In this document: positions 35,865 through 43,900 of the stretch, in pieces
Position numbering within the stretch: the first letter of the stretch is position 1
Layout: each line of letters starts with the position of its first letter
Notes under the pieces: generated by a model
Databases searched by the model: none
Told to the model about the DNA's origin: nothing
The model's input: the letters and a program-made list of their open reading frames with translations, nothing else
Made by a program: the position numbers and the translations under genes
Assembly (NCBI GenBank): GCA_963714695.1
Contig: CAVQPQ010000003.1
Coordinates: forward strand, 692,493 to 756,492
Reading direction: 5' to 3'
Length of the DNA: 64,000 nucleotides
DNA from: an uncultured Verrucomicrobiae bacterium
GTDB taxonomy: Bacteria > Verrucomicrobiota > Verrucomicrobiia > Limisphaerales > UBA11358

Positions 35865-38756
35865 ATGAAAACATTTCTCAAACACTCGATTTTAACCGCC
35901 ATGGTTGTGGCCAATGGCTGGATCTTTACAGCCACGGCTGCCGAATTTTTCCAAGATATTCCGGCGCCAACCCAGCCGGCGAAGCCAACCTTGTTGACCG
36001 AGCCGAGCCAGTCGGCGATACCGGCCGAGCCAACAGCTTCCGAAAAACTCGCGGATGGCATTATTGTTCCCCTCAAGGACACCTTCCTGAAAGTGGAAAT
36101 CTATGGCGACAATGTGGTGCGCATCGCGTGCGCGAAGGACCGTGCGTTCTTCGCCCGCCAGAGCGTGATGACGGAACCGAAGCGCTCTGTCAAAACCGAC
36201 TGGTCGTTGAAGACCGAAAATGGCGAATCCGTTCTTTCCACCGCCAAACTCCAGGTTCATGTGAATTTGGCAACCGGCGCGGTTTCATTTTTCGATACCA
36301 AGGACCGGCCCATTCTGGCTGAAACGGCCGATGGCCGGACGATAACACCCGCCGAAGTGCAGGGCGAACAAACCTTCCACGTGCGCCAGCAGTGGGAGCC
36401 AAATGCCGATGAATCGCTTTACGGCCTTGGCCAGCGTCAAATCGGCATCATTGACATCAAGGGCTGGGACCTCGATTTGTGGCAGCACAACACGCACGTC
36501 GTCGTGCCGTTTTTGGTATCGAGCCGCGGTTACGGCGTGCTGTGGGACAATCTTTCTTTTACGCGCTTCGGCAACCTGCGTGAATTCGGGCCCATCCCCG
36601 CCAATTGCCTGACGGACGCTTCAGGCCAGCCCGGCGGCCTCACGACCGGCACGTTCACCATGGGCAATCCTGATCAGTTGGAAGACTCGCATGCCACCAC
36701 CAATCTCTCCTTCATCTCCAAAGACCGCACCCGGGTCTGGCATCGCTGGGAAGGCGAAATTGTCCCGCCCACCACCGGTGATTATCAAATCAAGACCTAT
36801 TCCAACGGACGCATTAAAATGTGGCTGGATGGAAAAGTGGTCATTGACCACTGGCGGCAGGGCTGGCTGACGGAAAACGATCAAATAAAAGTCCGGTTGG
36901 AGGCCGGACACCATTATGCCATCAAGCTCGAATATGGCGGCGACGAGGCGACGACGATGCAGTTGACCTGGAAAACACCCGACCCGGACCAGAACACCTC
37001 CCTGTGGTCCGAGGTTGCCGACGGCGAGGATTATTATTTTGTCTATGGCCCGACACTGGATCAAGTCGTTGCCGGTTTCCGCCAGTTGACCGGCCAGGCT
37101 GCAATGATGCCGGAATGGGCATTCGGCTTGTGGCAATCGCGCCAGCGTTACGAAACCGCCCAGCAAAGCCTCGATGTCGTTAAAGAATATCGCCGTCGCG
37201 CCATTCCTTTCGACGACATCGTTCAAGACTGGCAATACTGGAAGCCCAATGCGTGGGGTTCCCATTCCTTCGATACGAACCGCTTTCCGGACCCGGTGGG
37301 CTGGCTCAAGGCCCTGCATGATCTGCACACGCATGTCATGATCTCCGTCTGGGGCAAATATTACAGCGGCACCACCAACTTCGACACGATGTTGAAGGCC
37401 GGTTTCCTTTATCAGCCCAATCTCAAGGAGGGCATCTCGGACTGGATCGGCTATCCCTATACCTACTATGACGCCTTCAACCCGGCCGCCCGCAAACTCT
37501 TCTGGTCGCAAATGAACACCGGGCTGTTCAGCAAGGGCATTGACGCTTGGTGGATGGATGCCAGCGAGCCGGACATGACACCGTCGCCGCCGACGCTCGA
37601 AGGACAGCGCACACACATGAATCCGACGGCAATGGGCACGGCGTCGCGGGTGATGAATGGTTATCCACTGATGAACAGCCTGGCGGTTTATGACGGTCAA
37701 CGCAGCGTGAAACCCAACCAGCGCGTTTTCATCCTCACGCGTTCCGGCTTCGCCGGAACCCAGCGTTATGCCGCCGCCACCTGGTCCGGTGACGTTTCTT
37801 CGACTTGGACCGCCTTGAGAAAACAGATTCCCGCCGGCCTGGGATTCTGCCTCTCCGGCGTGCCGTATTGGACCACCGACAGCGGCGGGTACACCATGGA
37901 ATCACGGTTCTCCGCGGAGAATCAGAAACCGGAAGACGCGGAAGAATGGCGGGAGCTGAACACGCGCTGGTTCCAGTTTGCCACCTTCTGCCCGTTGACG
38001 CGTTTGCATGGCGAATTAAAACCGCGCGAGCCGTGGACCTTTGGCGGCGACTCGCATCCGGCTTATCAAACCATTGTCAAATTTGACAATCTGCGCTACC
38101 GGATGCTGCCTTACGTCTATTCGCTCGCCGGCGAAGTGACCCAGGACGGCGGCACGATAATGCGCCCGCTGGTCATGGATTTCCAAAACGACGCACAGGC
38201 CCGCGCCATCACCGATGAATATATGTTTGGTCCGGCGTTCCTCGTCGCGCCCGTCACCACCTACCAGGCGCGCAGCCGCAGTGTCCATCTACCGCCCACA
38301 AGCGGCGACTGGTATGACTTCTGGACTGGCGCACACACTGCGGGCGGACAAACCATTGACGCCCAAGCGCCCTACGACGCATTGCCGCTGTTCATCCGCG
38401 CCGGGTCCATCATTCCGTTCGGTCCGGAACTGCAATACACCGGCGAAAAATCCGCCGACCCGATCACGCTTTATGTTTATGCGGGCGCTGACGGCGCGTT
38501 CACGCTCTACGAAGACGACGGCCTGACCTACGGCTACGAGAAGGGCGCCTTTGCGCGTATTCCGATTCATTGGGATGACGCTGCCAAGACGCTGGCCATT
38601 GGCAAACGCGCCGGCAAATTCCCCGGCATGCTGGACAAACGCACCTTCAACATCGTGCTGGTCGCCAAGGAAAAGCCGGCCGGCTTTTCCTTCACCCCCA
38701 AGGTGGATCAAACCGTCACTTATCTTGGCAAAGAACTGAAGGTGAAGTTTGAATGA
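35865..38756 (+). CDS. GH31 alpha-xylosidase/alpha-glucosidase with PA14 insert
   Basis: From the ATG at 35865 there is a signal peptide. A PA14-like insert is present (GEIVPPTTGDYQIKTYSNGRIKMWLDGKVVIDHW). GH31 motifs are KGIDAWWMDASEP (nucleophile region) and ATWSGDVSSTW. Confidence 0.9.
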   Translation: MKTFLKHSILTAMVVANGWIFTATAAEFFQDIPAPTQPAKPTLLTEPSQSAIPAEPTASEKLADGIIVPLKDTFLKVEIYGDNVVRIACAKDRAFFARQSVMTEPKRSVKTDWSLKTENGESVLSTAKLQVHVNLATGAVSFFDTKDRPILAETADGRTITPAEVQGEQTFHVRQQWEPNADESLYGLGQRQIGIIDIKGWDLDLWQHNTHVVVPFLVSSRGYGVLWDNLSFTRFGNLREFGPIPANCLTDASGQPGGLTTGTFTMGNPDQLEDSHATTNLSFISKDRTRVWHRWEGEIVPPTTGDYQIKTYSNGRIKMWLDGKVVIDHWRQGWLTENDQIKVRLEAGHHYAIKLEYGGDEATTMQLTWKTPDPDQNTSLWSEVADGEDYYFVYGPTLDQVVAGFRQLTGQAAMMPEWAFGLWQSRQRYETAQQSLDVVKEYRRRAIPFDDIVQDWQYWKPNAWGSHSFDTNRFPDPVGWLKALHDLHTHVMISVWGKYYSGTTNFDTMLKAGFLYQPNLKEGISDWIGYPYTYYDAFNPAARKLFWSQMNTGLFSKGIDAWWMDASEPDMTPSPPTLEGQRTHMNPTAMGTASRVMNGYPLMNSLAVYDGQRSVKPNQRVFILTRSGFAGTQRYAAATWSGDVSSTWTALRKQIPAGLGFCLSGVPYWTTDSGGYTMESRFSAENQKPEDAEEWRELNTRWFQFATFCPLTRLHGELKPREPWTFGGDSHPAYQTIVKFDNLRYRMLPYVYSLAGEVTQDGGTIMRPLVMDFQNDAQARAITDEYMFGPAFLVAPVTTYQARSRSVHLPPTSGDWYDFWTGAHTAGGQTIDAQAPYDALPLFIRAGSIIPFGPELQYTGEKSADPITLYVYAGADGAFTLYEDDGLTYGYEKGAFARIPIHWDDAAKTLAIGKRAGKFPGMLDKRTFNIVLVAKEKPAGFSFTPKVDQTVTYLGKELKVKFE

Positions 38757-38796
38757 TGGGTTAATCCCGATTTTTTATTGTTTTGGAAAGAGAACC

Positions 38797-41037
38797 ATGA
38801 AATTCATCGTTCGCACCCTGCGTCATTCACCCGTTGTCATGGCGTTGGCCCTGCTGGGACTGGGAACCGTTTGTGGAACCCTGCGCGCCCAGAATCAGCC
38901 GCCCAAAGACTCGTCAGTCCAAGAGCCGCCGCCGCTTTATCTCGACACCAATCAGCCCATTGACAAGCGCGTCGAGGATCTGTTGAGCCGCATGACGCTG
39001 GAGGAGAAAATATCCCTGGTTCATGGCGATTCGAAGTTCACCACTCCCGCGATCCCACGGCTGGGCGTTCCCGTCCGCTGGCTTTCCGACGGCCCGCACG
39101 GTGTGCGTGAAGACGTCGGCCCGTTCAATTGGAAGCCCGCCGGGCACACGGACGATTATGCCACCTATATGCCGGCCTTAAGCTCTCTGGGTTCGACCTG
39201 GAACCTCGATCTGGCAACCGCCTACGGCAACGTGCTGGGCCAGGAATCCCGGAAGCGCGGGAAAGACATCATTTTGGGTCCGATTGCCGACATCGTGCGC
39301 ACCCCGCTGTGCGGCCGGGTCTATGAATACTTCGGCGAAGATCCGTTCCTGAACGCGCGCATGTCGGTGAACTATATCCGCGGCGTGCAAACCAATGACG
39401 TGGCGGCCTGCATCAAGCACTTTGCCGGCAACAATCAGGAACTGGGCCGGGCCTCGGTGAACATGGACATGACTGAACGCACGTTGCGGGAAATCTACCT
39501 GCCGCCGTTCGAAGCGGCCATCAAAGAGGCCGGGGTGTGGACGGTCATGGGCGCGTACACCAAATTCCGCGGCGAGCACTGCGCCTACAGCGATTATCTG
39601 ATCAACAAAATCCTCAAGGGCGAATTCGGTTTCCCGGGGCTGGTCATGTCGGATTGGGGCGGCACCTACAACACCGGTGAAGCCGTCCTTGGCGGGCTGG
39701 ACCTGGAAATGGGCACGCTGCTGCCCGGCACGGAAACAGAAATGCCCTATGACGATTACTACCTGGCCAATCCGTTCCTCGAAGGCATCCGCAATGGGAA
39801 GTATCCCGTGTCGCTTCTGGATGACAAGGTGCGGCGCAATCTGCGCGTCATGTTCGGCACGCATGTTTTCGACCAGCGCAAACCCGGCTCGCTCAACACG
39901 CCGGCGCACCAGGCCACCGCGCAACGCATTGCCGAAGAATCCATCGTCCTGCTGAAGAACCAGGACAACCTCCTCCCACTCGATGTTTCCCAAATCAATT
40001 CGCTTGCGGTCATTGGTGAGAACGCCGTGCATCACCACGCCACCGGCCTGTTTGGCGCCGGCGTCAAGACCCTGCACGAAATCACGCCGCTGGACGGTAT
40101 CTTGCGACGCGCGGGCACCAACATGAATATTTCCTACTCGATGGGTTACAACGAACGCGGTGGTTCCAACCTGATCGAGCGTGCCGTTGCTGCCGCCAGG
40201 CAGGCGGATGTTGCCATCATCATCGCGGGCTTGCATCACGCCCGCAATTTGGACGACGAAGGCTCGGACCGCACCAATCTGCATCTGCCCTTCGGCCAGG
40301 GGGAACTGATCCAGCAGGTCGTCAAAGCCAATCCCCGTACGGTGGTGGTTTTGATTTCGGGGCCGGCCATCGAAATGGATCCGTGGCTCGGAAAGGTTCA
40401 GGCCGTCCTACAGGCTGGGTATCCGGGAATGGAAGGCGGCACGGCCATCGCCCGCGTGCTGTTCGGCGACGTGAACCCGTCGGGCAAGCTAACCACCACT
40501 TATCCGAAACAGCTCCTGGATTCACCGGCGCACGCGCTGGGCACCTATCCCGGCACGCACGGCAAGCTTTTCTACAAGGAAGGCCTGCTGGTCGGCTACC
40601 GCTGGTTTGATGCGAAAGACATCGAACCCGAGTTCCCGTTCGGATTCGGTTTGAGCTACACCACGTTTGAATATTCCAACCTGAAACTCGTTCCCGGCCA
40701 GGACACCAACAGCCCGGTGGTGACGGCCGAATTTGACATTGCCAACACCGGCGCGCGCGCTGGCGCCGAGGTGGCGGAACTTTACATCCATCAGGACCAT
40801 CCGAGCCTGCCGCGGCCGCTGAAGGAACTGAAAGGTTTTACAAAGATTTCCCTGAAACCGGGCGAAACCAAGACCGTCTCCATCCCGCTCGACCCGCGCG
40901 CCTTCGCGTATTACGACCCGGCGAAAACCGGCTGGATCTCCGAAGCCGGTGATTTCAAGATTTTGGTTGGCAGCAGCTCGCGGGATATCCGCTTGCAAGA
41001 CACCTTCCACCTGGCGCAAACCGCGGTCGAGAAATAA
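38797..41037 (+). CDS. GH3 beta-glucosidase (BglX-like)
   Basis: From the ATG at 38797 there is a signal peptide. GH3 motifs are KHFAGNNQE and GLVMSDWGG (nucleophile Asp). A C-terminal Fn3-like domain is present (VELYIHQDHPSLPRPLKELKGFTKISLKPGETKTVSIPL). Confidence 0.9.
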   Translation: MKFIVRTLRHSPVVMALALLGLGTVCGTLRAQNQPPKDSSVQEPPPLYLDTNQPIDKRVEDLLSRMTLEEKISLVHGDSKFTTPAIPRLGVPVRWLSDGPHGVREDVGPFNWKPAGHTDDYATYMPALSSLGSTWNLDLATAYGNVLGQESRKRGKDIILGPIADIVRTPLCGRVYEYFGEDPFLNARMSVNYIRGVQTNDVAACIKHFAGNNQELGRASVNMDMTERTLREIYLPPFEAAIKEAGVWTVMGAYTKFRGEHCAYSDYLINKILKGEFGFPGLVMSDWGGTYNTGEAVLGGLDLEMGTLLPGTETEMPYDDYYLANPFLEGIRNGKYPVSLLDDKVRRNLRVMFGTHVFDQRKPGSLNTPAHQATAQRIAEESIVLLKNQDNLLPLDVSQINSLAVIGENAVHHHATGLFGAGVKTLHEITPLDGILRRAGTNMNISYSMGYNERGGSNLIERAVAAARQADVAIIIAGLHHARNLDDEGSDRTNLHLPFGQGELIQQVVKANPRTVVVLISGPAIEMDPWLGKVQAVLQAGYPGMEGGTAIARVLFGDVNPSGKLTTTYPKQLLDSPAHALGTYPGTHGKLFYKEGLLVGYRWFDAKDIEPEFPFGFGLSYTTFEYSNLKLVPGQDTNSPVVTAEFDIANTGARAGAEVAELYIHQDHPSLPRPLKELKGFTKISLKPGETKTVSIPLDPRAFAYYDPAKTGWISEAGDFKILVGSSSRDIRLQDTFHLAQTAVEK

Positions 41038-41086
41038 ACACAACTCTTTTTTGCCGCGAAAAGGCACAGAAGGCGCAAAATTTTCT

Positions 41087-41109
41087 CCCTCTCCGCGCTG
41101 GGGAGAGGG
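41087..41109. repeat. REP-like hairpin
   Basis: An 8-bp stem CCCTCTCC (41087-41094) pairs with GGAGAGGG (41102-41109) around a 7-nt loop. It belongs to the same class as the two elements at 41688-41829. Confidence 0.6.
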
Positions 41110-41295
41110 GCGGGGTGAGGTGCTTTTGACCGCTGATGGAGCAGGACACCCCGAATGCTTCCAGCCTGTCTCTGATCCAAATCGGTCCGGCCCGACGGAT
41201 GCAGATTCATTTTTGACCGCACAGGGCGCAAAGACCGCAAAGATTTTTCCTTTTCGCGCCGAAACAGCGTGAGAGCGAAAGACAGAATGATAGAT

Positions 41296-41550
41296 TTAAA
41301 CTTCTGTCAAAGCGTCTTCGACGAGTTTTTTGGCTTCGGCGAGTTTGGCTTTGGCTCGTTCGCGAGCGAGCACAGAGGCTTCAACTTTTGCAGCCAGCTT
41401 TTCCTGCCATACGAGGTCTACCTCGCCGGATTTGTTGCGCGGCATATAGACCAACACATTTTTCAGGTCGCGGGGATACAAATAAAACGGACTTGTTCCA
41501 CGTTTGAAGGCATTGCTTTGAACCAATCCAAACGGAGAATTAAGAAACAA
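41296..41550 (-). CDS. small hypothetical protein
   Basis: 84-aa ORF in lower-GC intergenic DNA with a helical Lys/Ala/Glu-rich C-terminus. No motif was recognised. Confidence 0.25.
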   Translation of the reverse strand: MFLNSPFGLVQSNAFKRGTSPFYLYPRDLKNVLVYMPRNKSGEVDLVWQEKLAAKVEASVLARERAKAKLAEAKKLVEDALTEV

Positions 41551-41687
41551 TGCTACGCGAAATGATTTTGGTTAAATTTTGGTTTTCTGGTCGTTTGGTT
41601 TTTCTGGACGCAGCGAGTGTGCGCCAAACGCCGGAATTTGAAAAGAGCGAGTTTGACCCGGCGTTAGCCCTCACCTGGCTTCCAGCC

Positions 41688-41829
41688 ACCCTCTCCCATC
41701 CGATGGGCGAGGGAGAATATCAGCGTCAATCCGCGTTCATCCGCCGTGCTCGTGCCCGTCGCGGCAGGTCAGCGGTTCATCTCATCCGGCCTCTGGCCAC
41801 CTTCTCCCCATCCGATACGGAGAAGGAAT
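41688..41829. repeat. two direct copies of a ~30-nt REP-like hairpin element
   Basis: ACCCTCTCCCATCCGATGGGCGAGGGAGAA (about 41688-41717) and ACCTTCTCCCCATCCGATACGGAGAAGGAA (about 41799-41829) are direct copies. The second forms an 8-bp stem, CCTTCTCC/GGAGAAGG. Confidence 0.65.
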
Positions 41830-41879
41830 TTTGCGCTCTTTTGCGGCTGGAAAATTTCTCGTATTTTGCGTGGTTCGCA

Positions 41880-43787
41880 TCATTTCTCCGCTGCGAACAC
41901 GCTGTAACTGTGAGGCAGCAGATGCACGTGGAAGGAAACTCGGTTGGCGCCGTTTTGCCACCGGCCTTCACCCGAGGCCTCAGCGGTGATTCCCTCGCCC
42001 GTGACCAGATTGCGCAAATTGGCGAATTCCCCGGCCACCGAGACAGTCACGTCGGTTTCCGCGGGCAGATAGGATTCGACAATAAAGGTGTTGTTGTCGT
42101 AGGCAAACAGGGCGACCTGGCTGGGACCGTTCAGTCGCACGGGGAAATCCCGCATCACGTAATTTTTGATCGCCGTCGTCACCGGCACCGGCAGGTTGTA
42201 AAGGTCATTGAAATTTTCGGGAATGGTCCAGATGTAAAGGATGCCCTTGCCATACCGGTCCATGAGCAGGAGCGGATAGCCCCGGCCGCTGGCCATGGCG
42301 CGCACGAGCGCCCAGGCGTCGTTCGTGAAGAAATCAATTTCCGGGAACAGGACATCGGCATTTGTTTCGCCGCCGATGTTCCGACCATTGCCGGAGCCGA
42401 AACCGCTGGTATATTGATGCGCGAGCACTTTGCGATCGGTGTATCGCACCTCGACGATGTCCTCGATTCCCTTGCCTTGCAACGCGCGCAGCAGGCCGGA
42501 GGTAATGATGACGGATTTGCCGGCCGCCAACTGGCCTTTGATTTTGGCGACGATGCCGGGATCAAATTTGGCCGATTCGGTCAACAGCACCAGGTTTGCA
42601 TTCGTCGGGAAAACGGGATGAAGGTCAATCGGAATGCCGATCATGCCAAAATAATTGTGCAGGAAATCCTCGCCGGTGGATTGATACGGTTTGTAGCATT
42701 GGATGCCAATGGGGTTGCCGAGCTGGCCGAGAAACGTGTCCACCTGTTCCAGGGAATAACCAGCGACCCGGGCCATTGTGGGATTGGTTAATCCCGCCGG
42801 AGCATTGGATCGGCAAGACTGCAACATTTGATCATAGTCGAAGCTCGTGTGAATGCTTTGCCAGTTGGTGCGGTCGCCGGCGCGGATGGATTGCAGCATG
42901 GCCGTCCAATTGAACAGCATCATTTCCGGCGCCTTGGCAAACATCGTGTCCCAAAGCTGTTCGGCGTAGCGGTCCACGTACCGCACGCTGAAGGTGTCCA
43001 CCCAGCCACCGCCGTTGCGGCCCGGCGCGATGTTCTCGAAGTAACGGAAAATCTGGTAGCTCTCATACGGCTGCAGGTTCTGGTCGGTGGTTTCCGGATC
43101 GCGCGTTTCCGTGCCGGTGTAGATGCCGTCGAAAATCCTGGGTTCCTGGTCAAGGTCATAGCCTGAACCCTGGAAATGTTCGTACCAATTGGGAAATTTG
43201 ACGACCATCTTGACCCTGGGGTTGACCGCCCTGGCCGGTTTGACCACCAGGTTTTTGGCGGCGTGGCGCATCAGGTCCAGCCGGAATTGGGTCCAGCTCT
43301 TTTTTCCCTTGGCCGCGATGTCCGAATCAGATTTGGTAGTGACGAAGAAAAAATCGTCCTGGATGACCTCGTCAAAATGCCGGGCGGCCAGTTGGGCTGC
43401 ATTTTTGACAAATTCGCGGTCCTTGGGATCGGTGTAACAGAAGGAGCGGAACTGGCCGTTACCGCCGTCCGACAATGCCATGCCGCCGGCCACTTTAACG
43501 CCGCGGTCCACAAAAAACTTTTTCACCCGCTCCAGCAGATCGTCGCCGGCCAGCTCCCGGTTGCGCTGCACCTCGATATAGACCTTGTCCACCTTCAACT
43601 GGCTGCTGATGCGCCTCCAGTTATTGCTCAGGGTTCTCGGATTCTCGAAGGCTCGAACCGCGCCCACCGGAATGTAAATGGCGACATCGAAGTTGGTGTA
43701 GTTGCCGGCGAGACAACCCGTGGCCGGAAGTGCGAGAGCACAGAGCAATCCCCGGAGCAGGGAAGGAAATCCAAATCGGTTTTTCAT
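41880..43787 (-). CDS. secreted protein of unknown family (paralog A), candidate glycoside-hydrolase-like
   Basis: 635-aa ORF with a signal peptide (LLRGLLCALALPATGCLAG). By eye it is about half identical over its full length to 50252-52156. Shared blocks include DDFFF, KSWTQFRL, KFPNWYEH, FDGIYTGTETR, PGRNGGGWVD, VIITSGLLRALQ, TNDAWALV, LFAYDN.TFIVES and HSY.VFAAEK. It lies 113 nt downstream of a GH2 gene. Confidence 0.8.
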   Translation of the reverse strand: MKNRFGFPSLLRGLLCALALPATGCLAGNYTNFDVAIYIPVGAVRAFENPRTLSNNWRRISSQLKVDKVYIEVQRNRELAGDDLLERVKKFFVDRGVKVAGGMALSDGGNGQFRSFCYTDPKDREFVKNAAQLAARHFDEVIQDDFFFVTTKSDSDIAAKGKKSWTQFRLDLMRHAAKNLVVKPARAVNPRVKMVVKFPNWYEHFQGSGYDLDQEPRIFDGIYTGTETRDPETTDQNLQPYESYQIFRYFENIAPGRNGGGWVDTFSVRYVDRYAEQLWDTMFAKAPEMMLFNWTAMLQSIRAGDRTNWQSIHTSFDYDQMLQSCRSNAPAGLTNPTMARVAGYSLEQVDTFLGQLGNPIGIQCYKPYQSTGEDFLHNYFGMIGIPIDLHPVFPTNANLVLLTESAKFDPGIVAKIKGQLAAGKSVIITSGLLRALQGKGIEDIVEVRYTDRKVLAHQYTSGFGSGNGRNIGGETNADVLFPEIDFFTNDAWALVRAMASGRGYPLLLMDRYGKGILYIWTIPENFNDLYNLPVPVTTAIKNYVMRDFPVRLNGPSQVALFAYDNNTFIVESYLPAETDVTVSVAGEFANLRNLVTGEGITAEASGEGRWQNGANRVSFHVHLLPHSYSVFAAEK

Positions 43788-43900
43788 AATCAGAATCGAA
43801 AACAGACCTCACGCCGGCGCTCCCAGGCGGCACCTGGTTCACTGGCGCAAGGCGCGCCATTCCCGCCACGGGCAAAGGGAAAACTCATGGCTCGATCCAT

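Noticed and set aside
36621-40284. Long minus-strand ORFs (359 aa and 368 aa) inside the GH31 and GH3 genes. Similar long antisense ORFs occur at 44573-46729, 55292-57937 and 60314-62928.
   Set aside because: All lie opposite ORFs with diagnostic GH, kinase or TPR motifs. Their composition and lack of motifs mark them as shadow ORFs.
41550-42791. A 413-aa plus-strand ORF antisense to paralog A. A second antisense ORF of exactly 413 aa (50954-52195) lies opposite paralog B.
   Set aside because: The matching lengths looked intriguing. They follow from the paralogy and codon bias of the sense genes. The antisense translations are low-complexity and have no start context.
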